Positions 10,601 to 19,763 of a stretch of 64,000 bases of DNA are shown in pieces (the first letter of the stretch is position 1; each line of letters begins with the position of its first letter). This stretch comes from Leptolyngbyaceae cyanobacterium. GTDB lineage: Bacteria; Cyanobacteriota; Cyanobacteriia; Phormidesmidales; Phormidesmidaceae. The position numbers and the translations under genes are program-made. A model generated the notes under the pieces. The model made no database searches. It was not told where the DNA came from and saw nothing but the letters and a program-made list of their open reading frames with translations. The stretch lies in the NCBI GenBank assembly GCA_965263355.1, contig CBDHHL010000031.1, positions 1-64,000 on the forward strand, in the 5' to 3' direction.

Positions 10601-11015
10601 GGCTAGTGCCTGGAATTACGCTGAACGTAATATCCGTTCTACGATCCCCACGAATATATGTTACTGCAGGCAGAGATGTTAACTCTTCTACGCCTGCATA
10701 TCGCAAATACGGAACTACGCGATCGCCTGGGTTGGCAGCAGTTCTCGAAAAACTAACCGTCCCAGTCGCCGTCCAATTGGTTCTATTAATGCGACGGACT
10801 TGAAAGGTAGCTTTAGGTGATTCTATGGCAGCTTCCACTGCGGGTTCAGGTGCTCGTCTAGCAGAGATCGTTACTGGCTGCTCAGATGCTGGACACATAT
10901 GGGACAGGTCAGTAATGTCTCCGTCTTCAGTCATGCTGTAGCAGACGGGTAACGCGTTGGCCGTAGTGGCCATAAAAAGGTTAAAAGCGATCGCTGCTGT
11001 GATTAGTTTTTTCAT
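10572..11015 (-). CDS. Secreted hypothetical protein
   Basis: Signal peptide MKKLITAAIAFNLFMATTANA followed by a CYSMTEDGDITDLSHMC motif. Confidence 0.6.
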   Translation of the reverse strand: MKKLITAAIAFNLFMATTANALPVCYSMTEDGDITDLSHMCPASEQPVTISARRAPEPAVEAAIESPKATFQVRRINRTNWTATGTVSFSRTAANPGDRVVPYLRYAGVEELTSLPAVTYIRGDRRTDITFSVIPGTSLGEVEGGVR

Positions 11016-11063
11016 TTTTGTTTTCGGTGGTGTAAGTATTTATACGATCAGGATTACGTGAAA

Positions 11064-11306
11064 TCAGACTTGATCAAGCCGATCCATTGCTAACAGCCTC
11101 GCGGTTGTTTCCTCGACAACCTGCAATCCGTATTCACTCAGAACGACCTTAGCCCGCCAAAGTTGATCCGGCTCAGTCAGAAACCATAAGCCTCCAACAT
11201 CAACGCCGCACTCAAAACCTCTTTGCTTTAGCTGATCTAAAGCGGCGCGATCGTTTTTGTAGTCGCCTGTCGCGTTGGCTTTATATGCTTCCATATATGT
11301 TTCCAT
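11064..11306 (-). CDS. Hypothetical protein
   Basis: 80-aa ORF co-oriented with neighbours. Confidence 0.45.
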   Translation of the reverse strand: METYMEAYKANATGDYKNDRAALDQLKQRGFECGVDVGGLWFLTEPDQLWRAKVVLSEYGLQVVEETTARLLAMDRLDQV

Positions 11307-11455
11307 GGCTAGTCATCATCAAGTTCAAATATGAATCCGTCAACTGAGAATTCACCGTTACTTTCGATTGCCTTGTGCTTGATTAGCACGGGCTTGTAGC
11401 AGTTCAGTAATTTCTAGACATATCTGGTCATAGCTTCCTTATTTGGGTATATTTT

Positions 11456-12727
11456 CTAGGCATACTTGTAACCATCCTTACGGTGAACAAATTTGGTGAT
11501 ATAGGACAACTTTGTCCCTAACCTTTTTCTACCTTTGGGATAGATCTCACAGTCGCCATTAGAGTAAGGGCAGAGTCGCGCTGTCCATTGCCCTTTATTC
11601 TTGCCCTTAGGGATATCAACTTGCACAACATCGCCTGTCTGGTAGCCGTGTATAGGTCTCAGTGGTCTATGTTTTTGCGGATAGCCGTATTTGTCTGTCT
11701 GGCATCGTTGCCGCCCTCCTGCGCCGGTAGCTGTGACCATCAATGGACGATCCGATAAAAACACCAAGTTAGGCGTATCACCCACACAGGCTGCATCAAT
11801 ATCATGGCCCTTAGGCAGACCAAGGTTGACGCGGTTCATTTTGGTTTGAGCCCCGGTAGCTGTTTTCACAGTGCCATGAATGCTCATTACCTCGACAATT
11901 TTGAACCTGGTTGCATTGACCGCTGATGTATCTCGTAACGGTTGCTTAGCCTTGCGCTTGATGCTGGCTAGTAAATCAGGCTTACGCTTCAAGAACTGTT
12001 CAACAGGTTTATCCGATTTCCGCTGATTACACTTTTCACAAGCTAAGCAAAGATTAGAGACCCGATTACTGCCACCTTTAGACTTAGGTTGGATGTGCTC
12101 AATCTGTAAAGGTATATTTTCTTTTTTACAGTAGGTGCATTGTCGGCCCCATTTTTCTAATAAGTACTCACGGACGGTGTAACCCTGTAGTGCGCCTTGC
12201 TGATATTCGACTCCGCTGATGTCTGGATTCTGCATTAATTGAGTATCAAACTTAACTCGCTCAATCCAGATTTCAGCGACCGGGCAAAACTTGATAATTC
12301 GCTTTACCCAAGTCTCAGTAGTCAGCACCCGATGCATTAAAGACGGTGGCAGCCAGCCTTTAGGGCGAGTTCTGTTTAAAAATCTTGGTTGACGATAGCG
12401 AAGTCTAGACCGTCGTTGTCTACGAAGATTACGACGCTGTTCTAGTTTCTTCTTAATCAGTCCACCACGGTGTTGCAGCTGCATCCTCCAAACAACCTCG
12501 CCTCTATCTGTGACCAGCGCAAAACCCGTCACTTTAGAACCGGGATCGATTTTCAGTGTTAACGGATAGATAACAGGTTCTGATATTTCACGCTTAAGAA
12601 TTAAGGTGAACGGAAAGCGACGAAAGACAGCCGCTTTACCTTTGCCTAAGAACTCACGCGCTTTTGCCGGATGGACCGGCATTAAAGGTGTTTTGTTCTG
12701 GTCTATCAGAAAAACGTAGTTGCTCAT
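11456..12727 (-). CDS. iscB: IscB RNA-guided endonuclease (OMEGA system)
   Basis: N-terminal PLMP motif (KTPLMP), RuvC-I LKIDPGSK, Arg-rich bridge helix, HNH (CTYC...EHIQPKSKGGSNRVSNLCLACEKCN), RuvC-III HDIDAAC. Confidence 0.95.
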   Translation of the reverse strand: MSNYVFLIDQNKTPLMPVHPAKAREFLGKGKAAVFRRFPFTLILKREISEPVIYPLTLKIDPGSKVTGFALVTDRGEVVWRMQLQHRGGLIKKKLEQRRNLRRQRRSRLRYRQPRFLNRTRPKGWLPPSLMHRVLTTETWVKRIIKFCPVAEIWIERVKFDTQLMQNPDISGVEYQQGALQGYTVREYLLEKWGRQCTYCKKENIPLQIEHIQPKSKGGSNRVSNLCLACEKCNQRKSDKPVEQFLKRKPDLLASIKRKAKQPLRDTSAVNATRFKIVEVMSIHGTVKTATGAQTKMNRVNLGLPKGHDIDAACVGDTPNLVFLSDRPLMVTATGAGGRQRCQTDKYGYPQKHRPLRPIHGYQTGDVVQVDIPKGKNKGQWTARLCPYSNGDCEIYPKGRKRLGTKLSYITKFVHRKDGYKYA

Positions 12728-12734
12728 TGTCTTA

Positions 12735-13010
12735 AAAAGTTGTGGGATCTTCTCCCAAACATTGCTGTAAAGTTTGCCTCGAAAAACTTCAAAACGTTTG
12801 TCATGCTTGAGACACAGCCTTATATAACTTCGGCTTTTTGTTTAATCTCAAACCACAGTGCATAGAGCTGGCGGTCACTCTAAGGTGTGATGGCGTAATG
12901 AAGGTAGTCTGCTTTGTTACAAGACTTACGACTGATTCTGCACGTTACTCCCCTTATGGGTAGACTTGTCTGGTTTTGACCAGATTTGTCTAGTTATTTA
13001 GTAACGGCTT
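12735..13010 (-). ncRNA. omega RNA (HEARO-like) of IscB
   Basis: Minus strand carries HEARO-type segments (CAGACTAC...CACACCTTAGAGTGACCGCCAGCTCTATGCACTGTG...ATTAAACA...TCGAGGCAAACTTTAC) directly upstream of iscB; boundaries approximate. Confidence 0.8.
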
Positions 13011-13229
13011 GCTGTTCTTTTAGTTAGTCATTTTGTTTGTCCTCCCACCTTCGGCTCCTTCCGAACTTTACGACCGACACCGTTTGGTGTGGTACCGCGA
13101 TGAGTAGGCGGTTACTTCCGCTATATCAGGGTAAAAACCCGTCGTTTATCTTGACTAATCCCAAGAGTTGAAATGCGTGTCTCCCCTCGCCAGTGGTCTT
13201 GGCTGCGGGGTTGCATCCCGTCTCTCACA

Positions 13230-13272
13230 TTTATAACGAATCTCTTTTTAAGTGTCAAGTAATTTATTGACA
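13230..13272 (-). promoter_or_regulatory. sigma70 promoter TTGACA-N17-TATAAA with overlapping TGTCAA-N8-TTGACA palindrome
   Basis: -35 at 13258..13253, -10 at 13235..13230; palindrome 13253..13272. Confidence 0.75.
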
Positions 13273-13311
13273 AAAAAGAACCCCGCTAACCGGGGTGTGG
13301 TTAGCGGGGTT
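13272..13311 (-). terminator. Intrinsic terminator (copy 1)
   Basis: 13-bp perfect stem AACCCCGCTAACC/GGTTAGCGGGGTT followed by a T-run on the minus strand; identical copy at 14084..14116. Confidence 0.85.
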
Positions 13312-13942
13312 AGATGGTGTTGAGAGTTTCAGTTGCTTTGCGAATCTTGGCTGTATTGCGGACAAGTAAATCGGAAAGTGTATGTGGGTTTATCCACCCC
13401 CTCTCACGTTTCCGAAGTTCAAACCATCGCTCGGTTAGTTGTTGAACCGCATCAATGCCTTTGAATACATCGGAAGAAATATCGCCGTCGACTACGATCA
13501 TCGCATCGCCTAAAACTAGCTTTGTGCAATCCTTCCTAGCCCATAGCTTGTCATGGTATGTGATGATCATTTCATCAGTACAGCCAGCATCGCGAATAGA
13601 TGTGTTTTCTGCCCATTCGTCAAGCACCGCATTATTTTCATAGGCTTTCACAATTTTTAGTTGCTCAGCTTTGAGCTTCGGTAATCGCTTTGCAGCGTTA
13701 ACCTTGCTGCGGAGATGCTTGATATCATGACTTTCGAACTCTTGTTTTAGCATGCAGCCAGTGCCTACAACAGCGCTAGAACCATCATCGAGAATGACAG
13801 TTGCGTGAACTTCGTGATCACGTCCGCAAGCTTCACAACTAAGAGTTATCCCAGTACCAGGAACCGGAATAAACCGATCATCCTTTTCAATCACATCGCG
13901 AGTATCTTCAATGGAAACGACTTCACGGATAAGCATAATCAT
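13310..13942 (-). CDS. Hypothetical protein with N-terminal Zn-ribbon
   Basis: CEACGR...VGTGC motif; GGAG RBS and its own promoter cassette. Confidence 0.65.
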   Translation of the reverse strand: MIMLIREVVSIEDTRDVIEKDDRFIPVPGTGITLSCEACGRDHEVHATVILDDGSSAVVGTGCMLKQEFESHDIKHLRSKVNAAKRLPKLKAEQLKIVKAYENNAVLDEWAENTSIRDAGCTDEMIITYHDKLWARKDCTKLVLGDAMIVVDGDISSDVFKGIDAVQQLTERWFELRKRERGWINPHTLSDLLVRNTAKIRKATETLNTI

Positions 13943-14076
13943 TTCTCCTTTAGTTAGTTATACTGCTCAGGCTTTTTCCGGCTAAGACTCGTTAGAGGGG
14001 AGCCGATATGCCCTGCTTGCTTTGTTACTAACAAATATGCCTTTTTTATTTTCAGGTGTCAAGTAATTTATTGACA
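13941..14076 (-). repeat. Promoter/operator/structured 5' UTR cassette, copy 1
   Basis: About 135-bp near-identical copy of 14453..14585. Confidence 0.85.
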
Positions 14077-14116
14077 AAAAAAGAACCCCGCTAACCGGGG
14101 TGTGGTTAGCGGGGTT
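14076..14116 (-). terminator. Intrinsic terminator (copy 2)
   Basis: Hairpin identical to 13279..13311. Confidence 0.85.
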
Positions 14117-14448
14117 TAGAGTCCTGCTTTTATCTTGTTCGCCAGTTGGTTTGCGAACCAATTGGACAAAACAATTGCTTTTTCTCCGTCTTGAACCAGC
14201 TCTTCTTTGATCTGAGATTTTGGAACCCATAACTCAGTGCCGTGAGCATGTCCTGTCCAATTACCTCTAGAAGGAAGAAACCATGAACCCTCAATCAATA
14301 AAGCCTTTTCAGTTTCCTTTTTAATTAACAGAACTTCACAACCGAATTTATCGCCAGAGCAAAGCAATTCAGTTACAGCGTCTACCCCAGGACCAGCGCT
14401 TAGTAAAGCGTTAACACTTTCGTCAGACAGGTTAGTAATATCAATCAT
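14116..14448 (-). CDS. Hypothetical protein
   Basis: 110 aa, KETEKALLI...WVPKSQI motif seen in small phage proteins; AAGGAG RBS. Confidence 0.65.
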   Translation of the reverse strand: MIDITNLSDESVNALLSAGPGVDAVTELLCSGDKFGCEVLLIKKETEKALLIEGSWFLPSRGNWTGHAHGTELWVPKSQIKEELVQDGEKAIVLSNWFANQLANKIKAGL

Positions 14449-14452
14449 AGCT

Positions 14453-14585
14453 GTTCTCCTTAGTTAGTTATGCTGCTCAGGCTTTTTCGGCTATGTCCTT
14501 TCGGGGGAGCCGGTGCATGCCCTGCTTGCTTTGTTACTAATAAGTATGCCTTTTTTATTTTCAGATGTCAAGAAATTACTTGACA
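14453..14585 (-). repeat. Promoter/operator/structured 5' UTR cassette, copy 2
   Basis: TTGACA-N17-CATACT; palindrome at 14566..14585. Confidence 0.85.
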
Positions 14586-14590
14586 AAAAA

Positions 14591-15085
14591 TCAGGCTAAT
14601 AAATCCATCCTGTAATTTTCGGCTTCCCTCACAAAGTACGATAGTCCATGGCGCAAACAGAAAGAATAAGCAACGTCAGCAGCCATATCATTTAGCATGA
14701 TGTCTCTTCCGCCCCAACGGATTGAATATCCTTTCTTATTTTTCTTCAGCTGGTAGCCACTTACAAGATCTCTATTTTTCTTAAGCCCAGTCACAAGGAC
14801 TAGGTACTCACATACAAATTCGTGCCATGTTTTTTCTTGTGCCGAATTGACAGACAGTAGGCTTTCTATGGCTTGCTGCCTTTTTGATTTCGGCTTGATG
14901 GTTGTTTCCTCCACTGAAACTATCGCTCCATACTTAGCCGCGATCTCCATGGCTTCTTTTTGGTCTTTAGCCTGGATAAACTCAATCGCATAGAAAAGAT
15001 TTTCGGATTCTTCCCACGATCTATCGCCCACTAGCCCAAGCTGTCTAGGTGGGATTTGTGTTTTGACTTTAAATACTTTTGCCAT
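14591..15085 (-). CDS. Hypothetical protein
   Basis: 164-aa ORF preceded by the same palindrome at 15133..15152. Confidence 0.6.
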   Translation of the reverse strand: MAKVFKVKTQIPPRQLGLVGDRSWEESENLFYAIEFIQAKDQKEAMEIAAKYGAIVSVEETTIKPKSKRQQAIESLLSVNSAQEKTWHEFVCEYLVLVTGLKKNRDLVSGYQLKKNKKGYSIRWGGRDIMLNDMAADVAYSFCLRHGLSYFVREAENYRMDLLA

Positions 15086-15168
15086 TGCTCGGACTCAATT
15101 ACACTTCAAATGCTAAACGACACCTTTTCAGGTGTCAAGTAATTTCTTGACTATTTGCAAAATGAATT

Positions 15169-15477
15169 TTGCTTTGCTATAGTCCAGATGTAAATACTAG
15201 ACTTGACATGAAATTAAGCGAGTTTATCGAAGCGCTGCCAGATCTTTTGATTGAATGGAGAAGGTCACAAGTCCCTGTTAAGGCGCAAGCCGCTAGAGCA
15301 CTGGGGCTAAAGAACAGGCAGGGAATTGACGAGAGGGAGAAGAAACTCCCTAACGCTCAACTTGGCTCTATATTGGAGTATGTAAAGATGATCGAAAAAG
15401 AGTCCAAAAATAGTCCAACAATCGTCATACTGCCAATAAAAAGCTTGACAGAAAAGGATTCTGACGATGTTGATTAG
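15169..15477 (+). CDS. HTH (XRE/Cro-like) transcriptional regulator
   Basis: LLIEWRRSQ...AQAARALGLKNRQGIDEREK HTH pattern; divergent from the operator-bearing cassettes; probable start MKLSEF. Confidence 0.6.
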   Translation: MLCYSPDVNTRLDMKLSEFIEALPDLLIEWRRSQVPVKAQAARALGLKNRQGIDEREKKLPNAQLGSILEYVKMIEKESKNSPTIVILPIKSLTEKDSDDVD

Positions 15478-15527
15478 TTGCCCTGGACGCAGCTAGTCAA
15501 GAAAAAGAATATTTGGAGGTGGTTTAA

Positions 15528-15863
15528 TTGACTACTCAAGAAGAAGAGCTGACAATGTTAAAAGAGATTTACAGAGAAGAATTACTAGCTAATCAAAACG
15601 AGTGGCTAGTGAAACGAATTTCTCAAGCTATTCCCGATTTAGACATCCGACAACCTAGCCATGAGGTTGGATGGTCATGGACGTATCACTGTTTCGAACA
15701 GGAGTCTGATTGCTGTCCCACTGCTATGGATGCTTTGCTTGATTTTCTAAAAACTCATATGCATGGGATTGATCAGGCGCTGGGTGTTAAAGATGCTGAC
15801 GGGAATGAAAATAAAGCAAGGATGCAAAGTACTTCACTAAGGAAAAGTTTGGAGAATCCTTAG
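15528..15863 (+). CDS. Hypothetical protein
   Basis: 111-aa ORF with GGAGG RBS. Confidence 0.55.
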   Translation: MTTQEEELTMLKEIYREELLANQNEWLVKRISQAIPDLDIRQPSHEVGWSWTYHCFEQESDCCPTAMDALLDFLKTHMHGIDQALGVKDADGNENKARMQSTSLRKSLENP

Positions 15864-16063
15864 CGATCAACCAAACGGGCTTGAACTAGGTGAATGCGCC
15901 TAGTCGACCGTATAACCCAAACCAGGGAATCTTTTTACCTTGAAAAACCTCAAAAATCGTCGAGACTAAAAGCTTGGCGGTTTGTCTTTTTATCCGTACA
16001 TATATACACACACAATTAATTAGGTGTGTGCTAAATTAAAAAAGTAGTTGAGCGGCTAAGGTC

Positions 16064-16435
16064 ATGAACACTGAAAAAAGCTTTTACATAAGAGAAACCT
16101 CAACAGGGGTTGAATACTCTAGGGATGGGATTGAATTCCAGTCTGGCGATTATTGCCAAGTGGTTCTTACCACAGAGAATATTCGCCATGCTATTGCTCG
16201 CTTTTCCAACACAGGACACAGCCAGCTTGCATTAGACGCTGGCGGCGAAGTTATCGAGACCAACGAAGGCTGGTATGGCGGCACAAAGAAAACTGTAAAA
16301 GTTTCGCTGACGTTGCTTGAAACGTTCTGCGAGCAATTTGCACCGGCTGAAAATGACCACACCGGCATGATGCAGACATCCACCGGGGAGTGGATCATGG
16401 CTGATGACTGGGACGCAATTGAGGGGAATGTGTAA
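16064..16435 (+). CDS. Hypothetical protein
   Basis: 123-aa ORF; upstream inverted repeat CACACAC-N10-GTGTGTG. Confidence 0.55.
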   Translation: MNTEKSFYIRETSTGVEYSRDGIEFQSGDYCQVVLTTENIRHAIARFSNTGHSQLALDAGGEVIETNEGWYGGTKKTVKVSLTLLETFCEQFAPAENDHTGMMQTSTGEWIMADDWDAIEGNV

Positions 16436-16440
16436 GTGCC

Positions 16441-16617
16441 ATGAAAAGCAATCCACGCAATGCAGGCGCTAAGCCGATAGGGGACAAGCGCAGAGTCCGG
16501 ACCAACGTCATGCTAGACACTGCGTTAAAGGCCAGGGCAGCCAATAAGGCAGCCGAGATGGGATTAAGCCTTAGCCAGCTCATAAATAACTTGCTCTCGG
16601 CCTATCTGTCTCCCTAA
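16441..16617 (+). CDS. Ribbon-helix-helix (CopG/Arc-like) protein, not in ORF track
   Basis: MKSNPRNAGAKPIGDKRRVRTNVMLDTALKARAANKAAEMGLSLSQLINNLLSAYLSP (58 aa), strand-helix-helix pattern; terminator follows at about 16640. Confidence 0.65.
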   Translation: MKSNPRNAGAKPIGDKRRVRTNVMLDTALKARAANKAAEMGLSLSQLINNLLSAYLSP

Positions 16618-16679
16618 AAACCAACTGAATCAATCCACTGCCGTCGAGCCTAAAAGCTTGACGGTTTTTTAGTGGCCAT

Positions 16680-17560
16680 TTTTTTTGGCCCCCTTCCCCC
16701 TTCCCCCTTCCCCCTTTCTAGAACGACGAGCAAGGGCGGTGTGTGCCAGTTATTTCAATGCATATAAGCGCTTATCTGTCAAATTTTAGCAAACTGTATC
16801 ATGGTTGTTACAGAATAAAGGGGGTAAAACGCTAAAAGTACCGCCAATAAAGGATTCTTATTTTGATAAGTCCTAGACTCAGGCATGTACATTGATGTAC
16901 ATATCGTTTGTATCATGGGTGTTACAGAATCCAACTTACGGACATAGGACTGGCACACTATTTTTTTCAAACGGTATAATCTGATACAAAATAGGCAAAG
17001 CGCTGAAAGTACTGAAAACTCGTTAGTGGTGAATAAAAGTCATTCAAAAAATCACTGGGTTTCCCCTACTAATCCCCTGCTTTTCAGCAGTTATTTCATA
17101 GTTATTTCAAGCGCTTTCTGTCGGCTGTATCCCTTGCTATATATACATTATAGCGTTTTCTATGTCTTAATATTCTATATTTTTCAATTTCAAACTTTCT
17201 GTTTTAGAAAAAAATGGAGAGTAAAAAGGGATGATTATAAAAAAGTGGCACAGTGCATATAAAGATTTTTAGGCCAGATTTTCAAAGTAAAAAATAGTTT
17301 TCAGAGCCCAAAAAAGCCCTTTTTCGGCCTATCCCTTATATATCAAGGGATACAGCGATTCTAGTTTGTGCATTTACAATGTATTTCTTGATTTTTTTTG
17401 TGAATAAACTGAACTTGATTACTCGAATTAGGGGTAGTCAATTACGGACGTTCGTTTTTAGCCCTCGTTCTGTTTGTGAAGGGGGAAGGGGGAGAGTGTG
17501 CCAGTTCGTGAGTTTAGCCTTGGGTTTGCCGGTAGCTTTCGCGATGTTATGCCTTGGCTA
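16680..17560. other. AT-rich non-coding region with direct and inverted repeats (candidate origin or packaging region)
   Basis: 22-bp repeat at 16795/16909, GTGTGCCAGTT at 16741/17496, inverted CCCCCTT tracts at both ends. Confidence 0.4.
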
Positions 17561-17677
17561 GTGAGTGCGATCGCACTCTAAGCCATAATCAAGCTGCCTC
17601 AGAAAATGTCAAGAAAAGACTTGACAACTGAAATAAAAAAAAGCAATACTGTTAGCAACACCGATTGAGGCAAACAA

Positions 17678-17851
17678 ATGACATTCGATACAATCCTTTC
17701 CGTCTTGAGCAACGCAATTCAGTCCGGCGCACAGCCCACTCAGCACAGCCTAGAACTAATGGCCCAGCACATTGCAAACGCCCAGCTAGACGACGACCAA
17801 AGAGACCACCTTGAGGCGATGCTGGAGCAACTGGTTTTCAATCCTGAGTGA
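17678..17851 (+). CDS. Small hypothetical protein, not in ORF track
   Basis: 57 aa MTFDTILSVLSNAIQ...; preceded by operator/promoter 17607..17650 and GAGG RBS; terminator AGGGGCTTCGGCCCCT-T6 at 17900. Confidence 0.6.
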   Translation: MTFDTILSVLSNAIQSGAQPTQHSLELMAQHIANAQLDDDQRDHLEAMLEQLVFNPE

Positions 17852-17919
17852 TAATGACCAGCGGCTGTCGCTCGCAATCCATTCCAATAAACTAACGCTA
17901 GGGGCTTCGGCCCCTTTTT

Positions 17920-18501
17920 TTATCGAATATTGAGACCTAGCTCTCTTAACTGCTTAGGTGTGCTGGAACTAGCCTTGAGCGCTGCTGCACGGTCAGCATT
18001 GCTAGCTCCTGACCACATTTTATTTAACTTATATTTACCTACCTCGTAGGCTTGCTTAGCAGTTGCTACAGATAGAGATCCGATACTTTCTCCACGACCA
18101 CGGGCAATATCATTTTTAAGGTTGTTAGCGAAGGTTAGAGTAGCCAAAAATCCACCACCGGAAGTGTCGACCATTTGCGATCGCGTTGGCTTGGCATAGC
18201 TAGAATCCCAATCCATGCGGGCCATGGTGCCGTCGTTGTCAAATACACGCAAGTTTTGAGCTGAGACTATCTCGCTCATGGCTGTTGCGGCTGCATCGTT
18301 GGTTAGAGCAGAGGTTAAAGTTATTTCTGCATTGGCGGCAATTGGTTCTAATTTTTTTTCGGATTCAGCAGCTAAGAAAGTTGAGTCAGAAATGCCACCA
18401 CTACCGGAGCCACTACCAGCAACTTTCTGGCTGCTATGATTTCCGGCCTTTACGGCAGAACCGCCATTACCAACTTGAATTACAAATATTGCTGGCTCCA
18501 T
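17920..18501 (-). CDS. Hypothetical protein
   Basis: 193 aa, overlaps the end of the radical SAM gene. Confidence 0.55.
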   Translation of the reverse strand: MEPAIFVIQVGNGGSAVKAGNHSSQKVAGSGSGSGGISDSTFLAAESEKKLEPIAANAEITLTSALTNDAAATAMSEIVSAQNLRVFDNDGTMARMDWDSSYAKPTRSQMVDTSGGGFLATLTFANNLKNDIARGRGESIGSLSVATAKQAYEVGKYKLNKMWSGASNADRAAALKASSSTPKQLRELGLNIR

Positions 18502-19763
18502 AATCCGTTTGCCTCAGGATTAAACACTAATATAGGATGCCCATCTTTATCCGTCCAACGAGACCAGCCTACAGTCCCGTCAGACTGCCGTTCATAATCG
18601 CCAGCCCACTGGAAGCAGCCAACGTTAGCAGGGCACAGGACAGAATCTAACCAATCCCATATTAAGCCTAACAATTCTTGATACGTCATTTGATTAGTAA
18701 TTCCCAAGTCGCGAGTTTTAGACCAAAATCCAGGCCCAGCCACTGCACCAATATGTTGTCCAATCGGCCATACACCTTCAGGAAGGCTAGGCAGTATCAG
18801 GTCTAACCAAGCCTCAAAATAAATAAGATCACCAGGTTCATGGGAATCATGGCACCAATTGACGAACTCCTGCATCATTGGATATCGAGTCGGATAAGTT
18901 TCTATATAAGGCTTAAAGTATTCTGTTCGTTGCGGCTGCTGATTATCGTAAACAGCCAATCCAATCTCGTCGGCTTTAGTTCTAAGGGCTGATAACGTCT
19001 CAGCGATCGCAGGATAATTTTTATGATTCCTTGGCAGCGCCATATCAAGGATCTCATCCCCCAACCGCTTTTTGTCAGCGACAGACATTTTTGCAATTTG
19101 CTTGTGACTTAAGTGTAAGGGTTGAATCCATATGCCCTCCACGCCGATGCTGTGCAGCGTTGTGACTATCAGTTCAGGGTCAGGCAACCATTGAGGCACA
19201 ACTGGATTAACGCCAACACAAACACGATGGCCGTGGGCGATTAGTGTTTCAATCATCTCTAGCCGTAACGATGGCCTAGGCGCACCAGGGGCAGATACTT
19301 TCTTGCCGATGTCATCGTCCAACGTCTCTAAGCTCACATAAAAGACCGTGGGCTTGATTAGGTCTAATGCTGAGCAGTGATATTTGTTTGGCTTTTTGAG
19401 CAGGCCATGGCCCCCTTTGGTTTGAAGAGAACAGGGGATATCTAATTCTGATAATGTCTCTAAGGTTCGTAGGCTTAGCTCATAGTTATTGCCTGCAAAC
19501 GGGTCTATGTGATTACTAAATTGGATCGGGTATCCAGACCTCAGTAAATGTTTTTCTAGGGTTAGTTTGCCAGGGGAAAAAGCATTTTTGAGTAGACCGA
19601 ATATCTGGCTAGTGTTAGCGACGCGATCGGGTTTGTTTAGGTTGGCAAAGCAGAATGGGCAATGGTGACTGCACACATTTAGACTTAGCTCTAGCGGGCA
19701 TGGGGCGTTTAGTAAAAAGCCTCCATAGTATGTGGTTAGTGATTGCCTTTCCACTGCCGCCAC
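18480..19763 (-). CDS. Radical SAM protein (SPL-like)
   Basis: CxxxCxxC (CSHHCPFC), DPF, LQTKG, SLETLDD, PSLRLE motifs. Confidence 0.85.
   Translation of the reverse strand: MAAVERQSLTTYYGGFLLNAPCPLELSLNVCSHHCPFCFANLNKPDRVANTSQIFGLLKNAFSPGKLTLEKHLLRSGYPIQFSNHIDPFAGNNYELSLRTLETLSELDIPCSLQTKGGHGLLKKPNKYHCSALDLIKPTVFYVSLETLDDDIGKKVSAPGAPRPSLRLEMIETLIAHGHRVCVGVNPVVPQWLPDPELIVTTLHSIGVEGIWIQPLHLSHKQIAKMSVADKKRLGDEILDMALPRNHKNYPAIAETLSALRTKADEIGLAVYDNQQPQRTEYFKPYIETYPTRYPMMQEFVNWCHDSHEPGDLIYFEAWLDLILPSLPEGVWPIGQHIGAVAGPGFWSKTRDLGITNQMTYQELLGLIWDWLDSVLCPANVGCFQWAGDYERQSDGTVGWSRWTDKDGHPILVFNPEANGLWSQQYL

Noticed and set aside
16779..17561. Three short ORFs in the AT-rich region
   Set aside because: Low-complexity, Phe/Ile-rich translations typical of non-coding AT-rich DNA.
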